Source of the DNA: Candidatus Eiseniibacteriota bacterium
GTDB lineage: Bacteria; Eisenbacteria; RBG-16-71-46
Direction: 5' to 3'
DNA: 23,188 bases
Assembly: GCA_031370785.1 (NCBI GenBank)
Contig: JANMQY010000010.1
Location: forward strand, 1-23,188
Both the position numbers and the translations under genes were made by a program. The notes under the pieces were generated by a model. It was not told the DNA's origin. It saw only the letters and a list, made by a program, of their open reading frames with translations, and ran no database searches. Positions 16,194 through 23,188 of the stretch are shown here, in pieces. The number at the start of each line of letters is the position of its first letter. Positions within the stretch are counted from its first letter, which is position 1.

Positions 16194-17114
16194 CTATCGA
16201 TACGCCGCCTTGAGCCGTCCCCAGGTCGTGCGCGTCACCGGCACGGTCGGCGAGTTGAGGCGGAGCGTGGCGCGGGCAAACACGCGTCCGATATCTTGGG
16301 GCGCCGCGCACGTCCCGGTTGCCTCGGCGTAGCGGATGAACTCCTCGTTGCTTTCGACCGGCCCGACGAGCGGGGCATAGTGGATGTAGCCACGCGTCTC
16401 GGAGCGACTGGTGCCGATCACCACGCCGGCGTTGTCCACGCACTCGGACGTCCCGTAGTCGACGACGTACTCCACCCGCATGCAATCATCGAATGTTCCT
16501 GCCGGAACGGTCGCCGACTCGATGGCGGCAATCTTCCCGTGCAGGAATATGTTGCTCGCCAGATCGGGAATCAGCTGAAGCGTGAAGGTGTTCCCGATCG
16601 TCAGGTCCGAGACCAGCCACAGCCACGAGCGCGTGTCCGCAAAGTTGCAACGCCAGGCCGCGATTTCCTGCGCGGTCTTCCGATACGCAAACTCGCCGTT
16701 CAGCAGCACAGCGTAGCTGCCGGCAGGTGCGTTCGTGGGGCACGGACTGTCGGTCAACAAGTTCAGGATCTTCTGCTGCAGATCGGGCCGTGCCTCCCAC
16801 ACCCGGCGCAGAAACGCGTCAGGCACCAGAGAGGCAAGCGCCGTCGCAGCCACCGGGCCTGCGATCACTTCCTGACGCAGGTACTGCGCCTGGATTCCAT
16901 TGGGCGCAACGGTGGTGCCGTCCAGGAAGATGCGAATCTGGTTATCCAGGACCAGCAGATTGGTGTCGAATGACTCGTAGTGCTGGTCGTAGCGCCAGTT
17001 GCGGCCGTCCTCATTGGGCCAGAGCGCGTCCATGGTGGGGCTCTGCGAGAGGGCCGGGCGAGCGAGGGAGAGGCCGGCGGCGAGGCAGAAGAACGCTGCG
17101 AGTGCGGTTCTCAT
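16194..17114 (-). CDS. Secreted protein (TVPAGTF beta-sheet motif, DUF3108/TapB-like) with C-terminal WGxxKxxYR motif
   Basis: Start reassigned to ATG 17114 (AGGAGGG RBS). Signal peptide MRTALAAFFCLAAGLSLARPALS|Q. Internal motifs are WPNEDGRNWRY, ATVPAGTFDDCMRVEY and YAPLVGPV. It ends VPVTRTTWGRLKAAYR. Confidence 0.85.
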   Translation of the reverse strand: MRTALAAFFCLAAGLSLARPALSQSPTMDALWPNEDGRNWRYDQHYESFDTNLLVLDNQIRIFLDGTTVAPNGIQAQYLRQEVIAGPVAATALASLVPDAFLRRVWEARPDLQQKILNLLTDSPCPTNAPAGSYAVLLNGEFAYRKTAQEIAAWRCNFADTRSWLWLVSDLTIGNTFTLQLIPDLASNIFLHGKIAAIESATVPAGTFDDCMRVEYVVDYGTSECVDNAGVVIGTSRSETRGYIHYAPLVGPVESNEEFIRYAEATGTCAAPQDIGRVFARATLRLNSPTVPVTRTTWGRLKAAYR

Positions 17115-17310
17115 GGCGAAGACCCTCCTGAGGGCGAAGGGCGCGCAGGCCCCTGTGCACGGACAGAGCATAGGTTCGCGCAAAGGATCCCTCAATGACA
17201 AACAACGGGGCCTGAATCTGGGCTCACCAAAAGGGCTCAAGGGCCGGCCGAGCCCCGCCGATAAGGACACGGGTGATTCGTTGCAGGCCCCCCTATCGGA
17301 GGAAATTCCC

Positions 17311-18549
17311 GTGAGCCCACAAGCACAGTACTGGCTCGAGACAATTGCGCTGTGGCAGCCGATGCAGAGCGCGATTCTCTTCATCTGGGGAGCCAGCGAC
17401 CCTGCGTGGCTTCTCGTGACCAAGCGACTCTTCCTGCTCATGCCCTTTGGCGCGGCCGTCATCGGTTATTGGACGAGCGTGCTGTGCCTGCCGACGATCC
17501 TGGTGCGCACCAAACGCCGCGCTTTCGTCGGTCTGGTCATCGTTACGTGGTGGGATCTGGCGCGGTCGACGTTCACCTACTGGGGCGGTGTGTTCCGCTT
17601 CCTGCTGCGGCTCACGATCTCGCTGCTGGGCGCCGTCCAGATGCTCGTCGTTGGCCTCTGGGCCGCCGTTCAGGAGATGGTGCTCCTGCCGTTCCGCCTG
17701 ATCCGGAACGTGGGCAACAACATGCTCAACCCCGGAGTCCCCTGGATCGCGGTCACGATGACGTTCTTCTGGTGCGTGTTCGAAGCGATGATCTTCACCT
17801 ATGTGATGACGTCGCTCGTCATCGATACGCTGTCGAACCTCGCGGGCACCGAGATGACGGAAGCCGCGGTGCGGGTCCCGCTCTTCCTCTTCATGCTCTT
17901 CATCATTCTCGGAAGCTACGCGGTGCTCTCGACGTGGACGACGGCGCTGAAGAGCCGAGACGTGCCCTCGATCATCAAGATCGGCGTCGTTGAGCTGGTG
18001 GCGATGTTCGTCGAAGTGGTCTTCCTGTACCGGGAGTTCGTGGACGCCCTGGTGCCCTGGTTCGCCCAGCACACCTCGGGAAACTTCGAGCTCGGGATCT
18101 TCGGCACGCTGTCGATCGCAGGGCTTACCTGGCTCGGCATCCGCAGCCTGTCATGGTTCCTGTTCGCCTCGGCAGGTACCCCGACGATCATGGCGATCAT
18201 CCAGGGTCAGGGTGTCGGCAACCGTGACGTCGCCGGCGTGGTCCGGCAGGAGTTCAGGCTGTTCTCGGAGAACTACACCAGCCAGCTCCGCAAGGAGTTC
18301 GCATGGGTGGGCGCGGAAGGGGAGCGGCTCTTGGACGCGTTCCTCGTGCCGCCGATGCAGCTCGTCGCGGCGGCGCTCAACTTCGTCACGCTGCTGGCGA
18401 TGAACCGGCACCTGATCGAGCTGCCACTCCAGAGCGTGCGGGACTTCAAGGACGCGCGGTCGGTGATCACGGGCACTCCTCGCCCTCGCGCTGCTGCTGC
18501 AGCGCGAGTCGCGCCGCGCGACGACTCACAGTCCAGCGAGGCCGCCTGA
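17311..18549 (+). CDS. Uncharacterised multi-pass inner-membrane protein
   Basis: GGAGG at 17298-17302 precedes GTG 17311. It has many hydrophobic/aromatic helices and strong GC3 codon bias. The upstream part of the track ORF (16999-17310) overlaps the divergent gene. Confidence 0.8.
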   Translation: MSPQAQYWLETIALWQPMQSAILFIWGASDPAWLLVTKRLFLLMPFGAAVIGYWTSVLCLPTILVRTKRRAFVGLVIVTWWDLARSTFTYWGGVFRFLLRLTISLLGAVQMLVVGLWAAVQEMVLLPFRLIRNVGNNMLNPGVPWIAVTMTFFWCVFEAMIFTYVMTSLVIDTLSNLAGTEMTEAAVRVPLFLFMLFIILGSYAVLSTWTTALKSRDVPSIIKIGVVELVAMFVEVVFLYREFVDALVPWFAQHTSGNFELGIFGTLSIAGLTWLGIRSLSWFLFASAGTPTIMAIIQGQGVGNRDVAGVVRQEFRLFSENYTSQLRKEFAWVGAEGERLLDAFLVPPMQLVAAALNFVTLLAMNRHLIELPLQSVRDFKDARSVITGTPRPRAAAAARVAPRDDSQSSEAA

Positions 18550-18550
18550 C

Positions 18551-19366
18551 ATGCGCGCGCTCACTCTCGTAGCTCTCGCGGCGGTGTTTCTCGGCCAGGG
18601 ATGCCTGCCGGCGCCTCAGGCGCGGTCGGCACCCCAGGCGCGTACCGCGCTCCAGACCCCGAGCGCGCCGGCCGCCACCGCCGGTCGCCTGGTCGTGTTC
18701 ATCGGGGTCGACATCAGCGGTTCCTTCATGAGCGGCAAGTACTTCGATGACTCGATCGAGTTCCTCGCCCGATACATCCACGCTCACCTGAATGGGCTCG
18801 GCGGCCTCGAGATTCCCCATTCATTGTTCGTCGGAACCATCGGCGGCGTGAAGAAGGGCGAGGCCAAGACCATGTTTCCGATCCAGACGTTCCAGGACCG
18901 CTCGGTCGAGGAGATCGAGACGCAACTGAGGACGCTCTTCCCACCGAAGAAGCAGAATCCGTTCACCGACTTCAACGCGTTCTTCGTACAGGTCGCGGAT
19001 CTGGTCGAGGCGAAGAAGCTCATCCTGAAGCCGGTCTCGATCGTGCTGCTCACCGACGGCCAGCCGGACCTGGGTGGCGCGACACGGTCGGCGAGGTTCC
19101 GCAGGATCACGCTGCGGCCGCTCGAGAAGCTGTCGCGCAACATCACCCTGCGTGTCCTCTACACCGATGCGGTCACGGCGAAGAGCTGGCGGGACGAAGT
19201 GCCGCGCAAGCGCGTCAAGGTCTGGACACAGGACGCGGTCGTCATGGCGGAGTGGAACGACCCGAAGACGCTGGTTCCCGGCCGGCCGAACGCCGATCAG
19301 GAGAAATTCTTCTCCTGGGTCCGGGACAACGTCGACTTCCAGCCGCGCCTGCACCGGGTGGACTGA
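18551..19366 (+). CDS. VWA-domain (MIDAS) lipoprotein
   Basis: Signal peptide with lipobox-like LGQG|C. MIDAS elements are VFIGVDISGS (DxSxS), FTDF and VLLTDG. It starts 1 nt after the upstream stop. Confidence 0.85.
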   Translation: MRALTLVALAAVFLGQGCLPAPQARSAPQARTALQTPSAPAATAGRLVVFIGVDISGSFMSGKYFDDSIEFLARYIHAHLNGLGGLEIPHSLFVGTIGGVKKGEAKTMFPIQTFQDRSVEEIETQLRTLFPPKKQNPFTDFNAFFVQVADLVEAKKLILKPVSIVLLTDGQPDLGGATRSARFRRITLRPLEKLSRNITLRVLYTDAVTAKSWRDEVPRKRVKVWTQDAVVMAEWNDPKTLVPGRPNADQEKFFSWVRDNVDFQPRLHRVD

Positions 19367-19405
19367 ACCGCAGCTCGAGTTCGCTTCAAAAAAGAATCTG
19401 CGTCC

Positions 19406-19435
19406 GCGGCCGTCCTCGACAAAGAGGACGGCCGC
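19406..19435. terminator. Perfect 12-bp GC-rich hairpin after the membrane protein/VWA operon
   Basis: GCGGCCGTCCTC-gacaaa-GAGGACGGCCGC. There is no immediate U-tract on the + strand and an A-run lies about 15 nt upstream. Confidence 0.6.
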
Positions 19436-19510
19436 AGTGCTTGTCGCCGATTCGGGAGCGCAGGCCTAGAATGCCAGGTAGGGCATCCGATCGACGTGCG
19501 GAGAAGAGAA

Positions 19511-19870
19511 ATGGACTACGACGACAAGGCCCAGGAGCGAATCTATGTGATTGGCCACCTGCGCCATCTGATGACAGAGCCCGAGAACGATCGAATCTGG
19601 GCGGAGTTCGCGCTACACAAGAATGCGTCTACGAAATGGCTCAGGGAAGGAATGCGCGCCGAATCAACAGGGAAACCGAGGTCGGCGTGGCGACCTCCTG
19701 CCTACACGCCGGGGTATCTCGAATTCGTGGACGAAGCGGTCAACCGGGTTCTGCGCGACAATTCGACGGTCGTGATCAACCGCTGCCCGAAGTGCAAATC
19801 CATCCTTCGGACACCGGAGGCAAAGCTATGCCTCTGGTGTGGTCACTCGCAGTATGGAGCTGCAAGCTAA
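19511..19870 (+). CDS. Hypothetical protein with C-terminal zinc ribbon
   Basis: ATG 19511 follows a purine-rich GGAGAAGAG. The C-terminus INRCPKCKSILRTPEAKLCLWCGH contains two CxxC pairs. Confidence 0.75.
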   Translation: MDYDDKAQERIYVIGHLRHLMTEPENDRIWAEFALHKNASTKWLREGMRAESTGKPRSAWRPPAYTPGYLEFVDEAVNRVLRDNSTVVINRCPKCKSILRTPEAKLCLWCGHSQYGAAS

Positions 19871-19898
19871 ATTCCCTTCGAATCATCGGAGGAGGCGT

Positions 19899-20711
19899 TT
19901 GGCCGACATCGTTCGAGCAGTGCTCATCGGCATGTTGGTGGCCATCGCCGGGACGGTACCGCGGAACCTCATCTTCGCGGCGAATCTGCATTACTACACT
20001 GGCGTGCCGTGGGCAGTGCCGGTGACGGCCGCGTACCTGTGGTTCTTCTGGAGATACCTGAACGGTGCAGGGCCTCCTGAATCGAGCGCGGAGGAACGAC
20101 GCACGAGCCTTCGCGCCAACCCCGTCTCGGGCCGCATGTGGGCGTGGGCACTTCTCGCCGGCGGGCTCGGCATCGTCGCCCTGGTTCTCGCGCTGCAGGT
20201 GGCGAATCGATTGGTCGTGCTACCTCAACAGCGACTTCCAGATCTCGCGCAGGTGCCAAAAATCACTGCGTTGTCCTTGCTTCTCATGTCTGCTCCAGTC
20301 GCGGGCATTGTCGAAGAATCCGCGTTCCGCGGCTACATGCAGAGTCCGATCGAGCGCCGATATGGATTGGCCGTGGCGATTCTGGTCACGGGGACGATGT
20401 TCGCAGTCGCCCATCTGGACTTCACATGGATCCTCTGGCCGTACTACATCGCCGTTGCTGCGATCTACGGCACCGTGACGCATCTCACGAGATCGATTCT
20501 CCCCGCCGTGGTGCTGCACACCGGCGGGAACATCTATTCGAATCTGGAGCTGTGGATGCACGGTCAGGCGGAATGGCAGGCATCCTCTGGCCCGACCGCG
20601 CAGATCTGGGAGACCGGCGCCGATGCTTCCTTCTGGATCTCGAGCGCAGCGTTCCTCCTCGTCGCATCGGCGATGGCGTGGGCGTACTTCAGGCTCGCAC
20701 GCGCCCGGTGA
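19899..20711 (+). CDS. CPBP-family (Abi/CAAX type II) intramembrane glutamic endopeptidase
   Basis: Motifs EESAFRGY (EExxxR), FAVAH (FxxxH) and LHTGGN (HxxxN), with multiple TM helices. The start is uncertain: TTG 19899 after GGAGGAGG, or ATG 19854. Confidence 0.88.
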   Translation: MADIVRAVLIGMLVAIAGTVPRNLIFAANLHYYTGVPWAVPVTAAYLWFFWRYLNGAGPPESSAEERRTSLRANPVSGRMWAWALLAGGLGIVALVLALQVANRLVVLPQQRLPDLAQVPKITALSLLLMSAPVAGIVEESAFRGYMQSPIERRYGLAVAILVTGTMFAVAHLDFTWILWPYYIAVAAIYGTVTHLTRSILPAVVLHTGGNIYSNLELWMHGQAEWQASSGPTAQIWETGADASFWISSAAFLLVASAMAWAYFRLARAR

Positions 20712-20715
20712 CGAT

Positions 20716-20742
20716 GCGCGGGACCCGACGCGCGGGACCGAC
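20716..20742. repeat. Short imperfect tandem repeat in a convergent intergenic gap
   Basis: GCGCGGGACCCGAC followed by GCGCGGGACCGAC. Confidence 0.45.
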
Positions 20743-20756
20743 GCGGCTCGCAATGA

Positions 20757-22334
20757 TCAGGGGTCCTCGCGGATCTTGAGCGCTCGAGCGGACACCTCTA
20801 GAACTCGGGGGCTTCCCGCCCACGAGGGGTAGTAGTCCCAATTCACTTCCTGCATTCGGGCCCATATCGTTCGGTACCGACCTCGCTGGTTTGCCGCGAG
20901 CTGCTGCCAGTCCGTCACCTCGCTGGAATCGAAGATGAACCGGTCCGCCGAGGCCATCGAGCCCGCGACGTTGGCGGACCGATGCGCGGGATCGCCACCG
21001 AGCAGCGCCTGGCAGGCCGACGAAAGAAAGAACTTCGTTCGTGGTGCCGACGCAAGGCGCTTTTCCAGCGCCGCCGATTTCGAGGTCGTATTCGGCGACA
21101 CGATACTCAGTGACGTCAACGTGGCGACGCACAGGTTGAAAGCGACAAGGGCGAGTGCTGCGCCGAAGACCGAGTAGCGGAGAATGGGTCGGCCCCGTGC
21201 GGCGCGGGCCAGCGCCGCCACGCCGAGCGCCGCGAAGACCGCAAAGAATGGCATCAATATGAGGTAGTTCCTGACGATCATGACCCGCTGCATCGACATG
21301 TATGCGACGTAGACGATCGGGAGCGACAGCAGCCAGACCGCGGTCCGCGCCTGGGTCTTGAACAGGAACACGACGCCCGCGAGTGCCAGAGCCGTCGCGG
21401 CCGCCGCGAGCACGACGTTCCTGGAGAGGAAAACCAGACCGAGGTAGGTCGCCAGCCTGGAGAAGTGTTGCCAGCCCGGTGTTACCGTGTACCCGCCGTG
21501 GCTCTCGGCGTAGTGCTCCATCTCACCGAGCACGCCTTGCAGGAACCTCATCGGCTCCAGGACAGACCCCGGCGTGACCAGCACGAAGGTGAATGCGGCG
21601 ATCAAGAGACAGGCCGCCGCTTGCCGGAGCACTGCGAAGCGTTTGGGATCCTTGCCCCTTGGCGCCAATGCCACGGCGAGCAACAGGGGGACGAGCACGA
21701 CTCCGCCCGGATACTTGCTCCCCATGCACAGGCCAGCGAAGAGCGATGCGACCGCCGCCCAGAAGTACCGTCGGTCCGTTTCCTGCGGGTCCATCAACCG
21801 GTGTTGAGCCCAGAGCGAAAACGACGCGAACAGCAGGACCAGGCAATCAGGCGCGATCCACCTTGCGTGGTAGATGAACTCCCAGGAGGCGACGAGCGTC
21901 AGTGCCGCGAACAGTGCGATCCAGCCGCTGCCCGACAGCCTGCGAACCAGGAGATACACCGCCAGCCCGGAGAGCGTGCTCAAGAGGAAGAAAACGGCCC
22001 GGAGCCGGAGCTTGAAACCGGTGTCTCCGAGGTAGCTCACGAGTCCGGCCGAGCCAAGCCCGGAGGCGTTGAGATCGAAGGAATGCGCGACGTCGAGAGC
22101 AAGATGCGGGAGGGCAGTGAGAATGCCGACGTCGTAGGGAACGGACGGGTAGTTGTACCAGCGGGGCAACATCAGCCCGGTCTCGAACGACTTCTGAACG
22201 GAGCCGGTGACGCTCGCCTCGTCCCAATGTTGGCCGAAGTTGGTGCTCGCGACCCCCAGGGCTCCGATGTAGATCAACGAGATGGCCATCAGAATGGCCG
22301 GCGCGCGGGCGGACAACCACAGTCGGTCGATCAT
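20757..22334 (-). CDS. GT-C fold glycosyltransferase (PMT_2/ArnT, GT39/83-like)
   Basis: GQHWDE after TM1, WYNYPS, HARWIAPD, GSKYPG and VRNYLILMP motifs. About 11-12 TM segments plus a periplasmic C-terminal domain. Confidence 0.85.
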   Translation of the reverse strand: MIDRLWLSARAPAILMAISLIYIGALGVASTNFGQHWDEASVTGSVQKSFETGLMLPRWYNYPSVPYDVGILTALPHLALDVAHSFDLNASGLGSAGLVSYLGDTGFKLRLRAVFFLLSTLSGLAVYLLVRRLSGSGWIALFAALTLVASWEFIYHARWIAPDCLVLLFASFSLWAQHRLMDPQETDRRYFWAAVASLFAGLCMGSKYPGGVVLVPLLLAVALAPRGKDPKRFAVLRQAAACLLIAAFTFVLVTPGSVLEPMRFLQGVLGEMEHYAESHGGYTVTPGWQHFSRLATYLGLVFLSRNVVLAAAATALALAGVVFLFKTQARTAVWLLSLPIVYVAYMSMQRVMIVRNYLILMPFFAVFAALGVAALARAARGRPILRYSVFGAALALVAFNLCVATLTSLSIVSPNTTSKSAALEKRLASAPRTKFFLSSACQALLGGDPAHRSANVAGSMASADRFIFDSSEVTDWQQLAANQRGRYRTIWARMQEVNWDYYPSWAGSPRVLEVSARALKIREDP

Positions 22335-22438
22335 GGATTCAGACTACCGGAGGAACGGCTCACGCTGCACGCATTCTCAGGAGCAATGCCTCGACCAGAC
22401 GTTCCTGAAGGGCCTGGCAATCGGCGACTGGACCGCGG

Positions 22439-23188
22439 TCATTTCCCGCCGCCGAAGTCCCATTCCCAGGCGAAGACGAACTGGAACGTTCCTCCGGACT
22501 TGATCACAACGCCCTGCTCGTACTTGAGGAACTCGCCGCGCGTCTCGGTGAGTCCCAGCGTGACCTCGGTCTCAGTCTGTCCCTGTTCGGGCCCGCCGAT
22601 GTTGGCGAAACCGCCGAGCGCGCTGGAGCGAGTGCGGAACCTGCCGCCGGCTCCGCCCGCGGTGACCGCTTCGCCGACCAGATCCAGCCAGCCATTCAGG
22701 TGCCACTCCATGGCGCAGGAGGCTTCGAACGTGTCTTTGAGCGAGAGCCCCGGCGGATCTCCCACCATTGTGTAGGCCGCGTTGACCTCGGCGTCGAACT
22801 GTACGAACTCCTTGCTGACGATCGCACCGAGCGTGTAGTCCGTCTGCCCCGTGCCGAGGTCGCCCCGGCGCGCGGTGGGCCACTTGACGAGCGCTTCGAG
22901 CGCTACGGCCGGGCGGTAGCGGCGCTCGGTGGGAAACTCGAACGTGACCGCGGTCTCGAGATCGCCCGGCCCGCTGATCGTGCCCCCGACCTTCTTGCGG
23001 ATCAGGATGAAGCTGGGCTCCGCGCGCAACTTGATGATGTCGGTGAGAGCGTATTCGGCGAGAAACGGAAAGCCGTACTCCGATTCCTCGCCGTCTGTCT
23101 CGTATTCGAATCCGCTGCCCACCGTGAGAGCAAGGGGTCGGCCCGCCTGCTCCACGCGCCGCGTCTTCAGGATGCGCGCGGTTGCGGG
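22439..23188 (-). CDS. Outer-membrane beta-barrel 'transporter' (MetA/phenol-degradation-like); 5' end beyond the window
   Basis: The frame is open to the window edge (…PATA|RILKTRRVEQ, likely a signal-peptide end). It has SGPGDL, KWPTA…LGTGQTDY motifs and alternating strands, and ends FVFAWEWDFGGGK. Confidence 0.7.
   Translation of the reverse strand, partial: PATARILKTRRVEQAGRPLALTVGSGFEYETDGEESEYGFPFLAEYALTDIIKLRAEPSFILIRKKVGGTISGPGDLETAVTFEFPTERRYRPAVALEALVKWPTARRGDLGTGQTDYTLGAIVSKEFVQFDAEVNAAYTMVGDPPGLSLKDTFEASCAMEWHLNGWLDLVGEAVTAGGAGGRFRTRSSALGGFANIGGPEQGQTETEVTLGLTETRGEFLKYEQGVVIKSGGTFQFVFAWEWDFGGGK

Noticed and set aside
13942..16241. The shared C-terminal motif as a DNA repeat, attC site or CRISPR-like unit
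   Set aside because: The nucleotide sequences differ at synonymous positions, the copies lie on both strands, and there are no GTTRRRY/RYYYAAC cores or regular spacing.
17205..17260. c-di-AMP (ydaO) or c-di-GMP riboswitch resemblance (GGGG..TGAATC…AGGG…CCGAGCCC)
   Set aside because: Only fragments match, and the 5' half and GUCAGCUAAC-type 3' element are absent.
21465..22775. 436-aa + strand ORF
   Set aside because: It is an antisense shadow of the GT-C and beta-barrel genes.

Overview
This is a high-GC bacterial window rich in envelope and secreted-protein genes, with no rRNA, tRNA or CRISPR signal. The FlgD-Ig/T9SS-like C-terminal domain and the 'WGxxKxxYR' termini suggest an FCB-associated lineage such as Ca. 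Eisenbacteria, Krumholzibacteriota or Latescibacterota (inference). In order, it holds: a lipoprotein and an outer-membrane beta-barrel downstream of a secreted M1 aminopeptidase with a T9SS-like CTD; a SAM methyltransferase; a small lipoprotein; a GT-C (PMT/ArnT-like)-TPR glycosyltransferase; a YVTN beta-propeller/phosphoesterase fusion; a cupredoxin-like lipoprotein; a PAP2 phosphatase, a 50-aa basic protein missed by the ORF track and a divergent family I pyrophosphatase; three unrelated secreted proteins around an IS3 remnant; a membrane protein plus VWA-lipoprotein operon; a zinc-ribbon protein; a CPBP/Abi protease; a second GT-C; and a truncated MetA/phenol-degradation-type beta-barrel. 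The main finding is that the three neighbouring, non-homologous signal-peptide proteins (13942-17114) all end in the same ungapped 15-aa motif, P-[AV]-x3-[ST]-W-G-x-[LI]-K-x2-Y-[RH]-stop. It is conserved at the protein level rather than the DNA level and is a candidate short C-terminal sorting or secretion signal.
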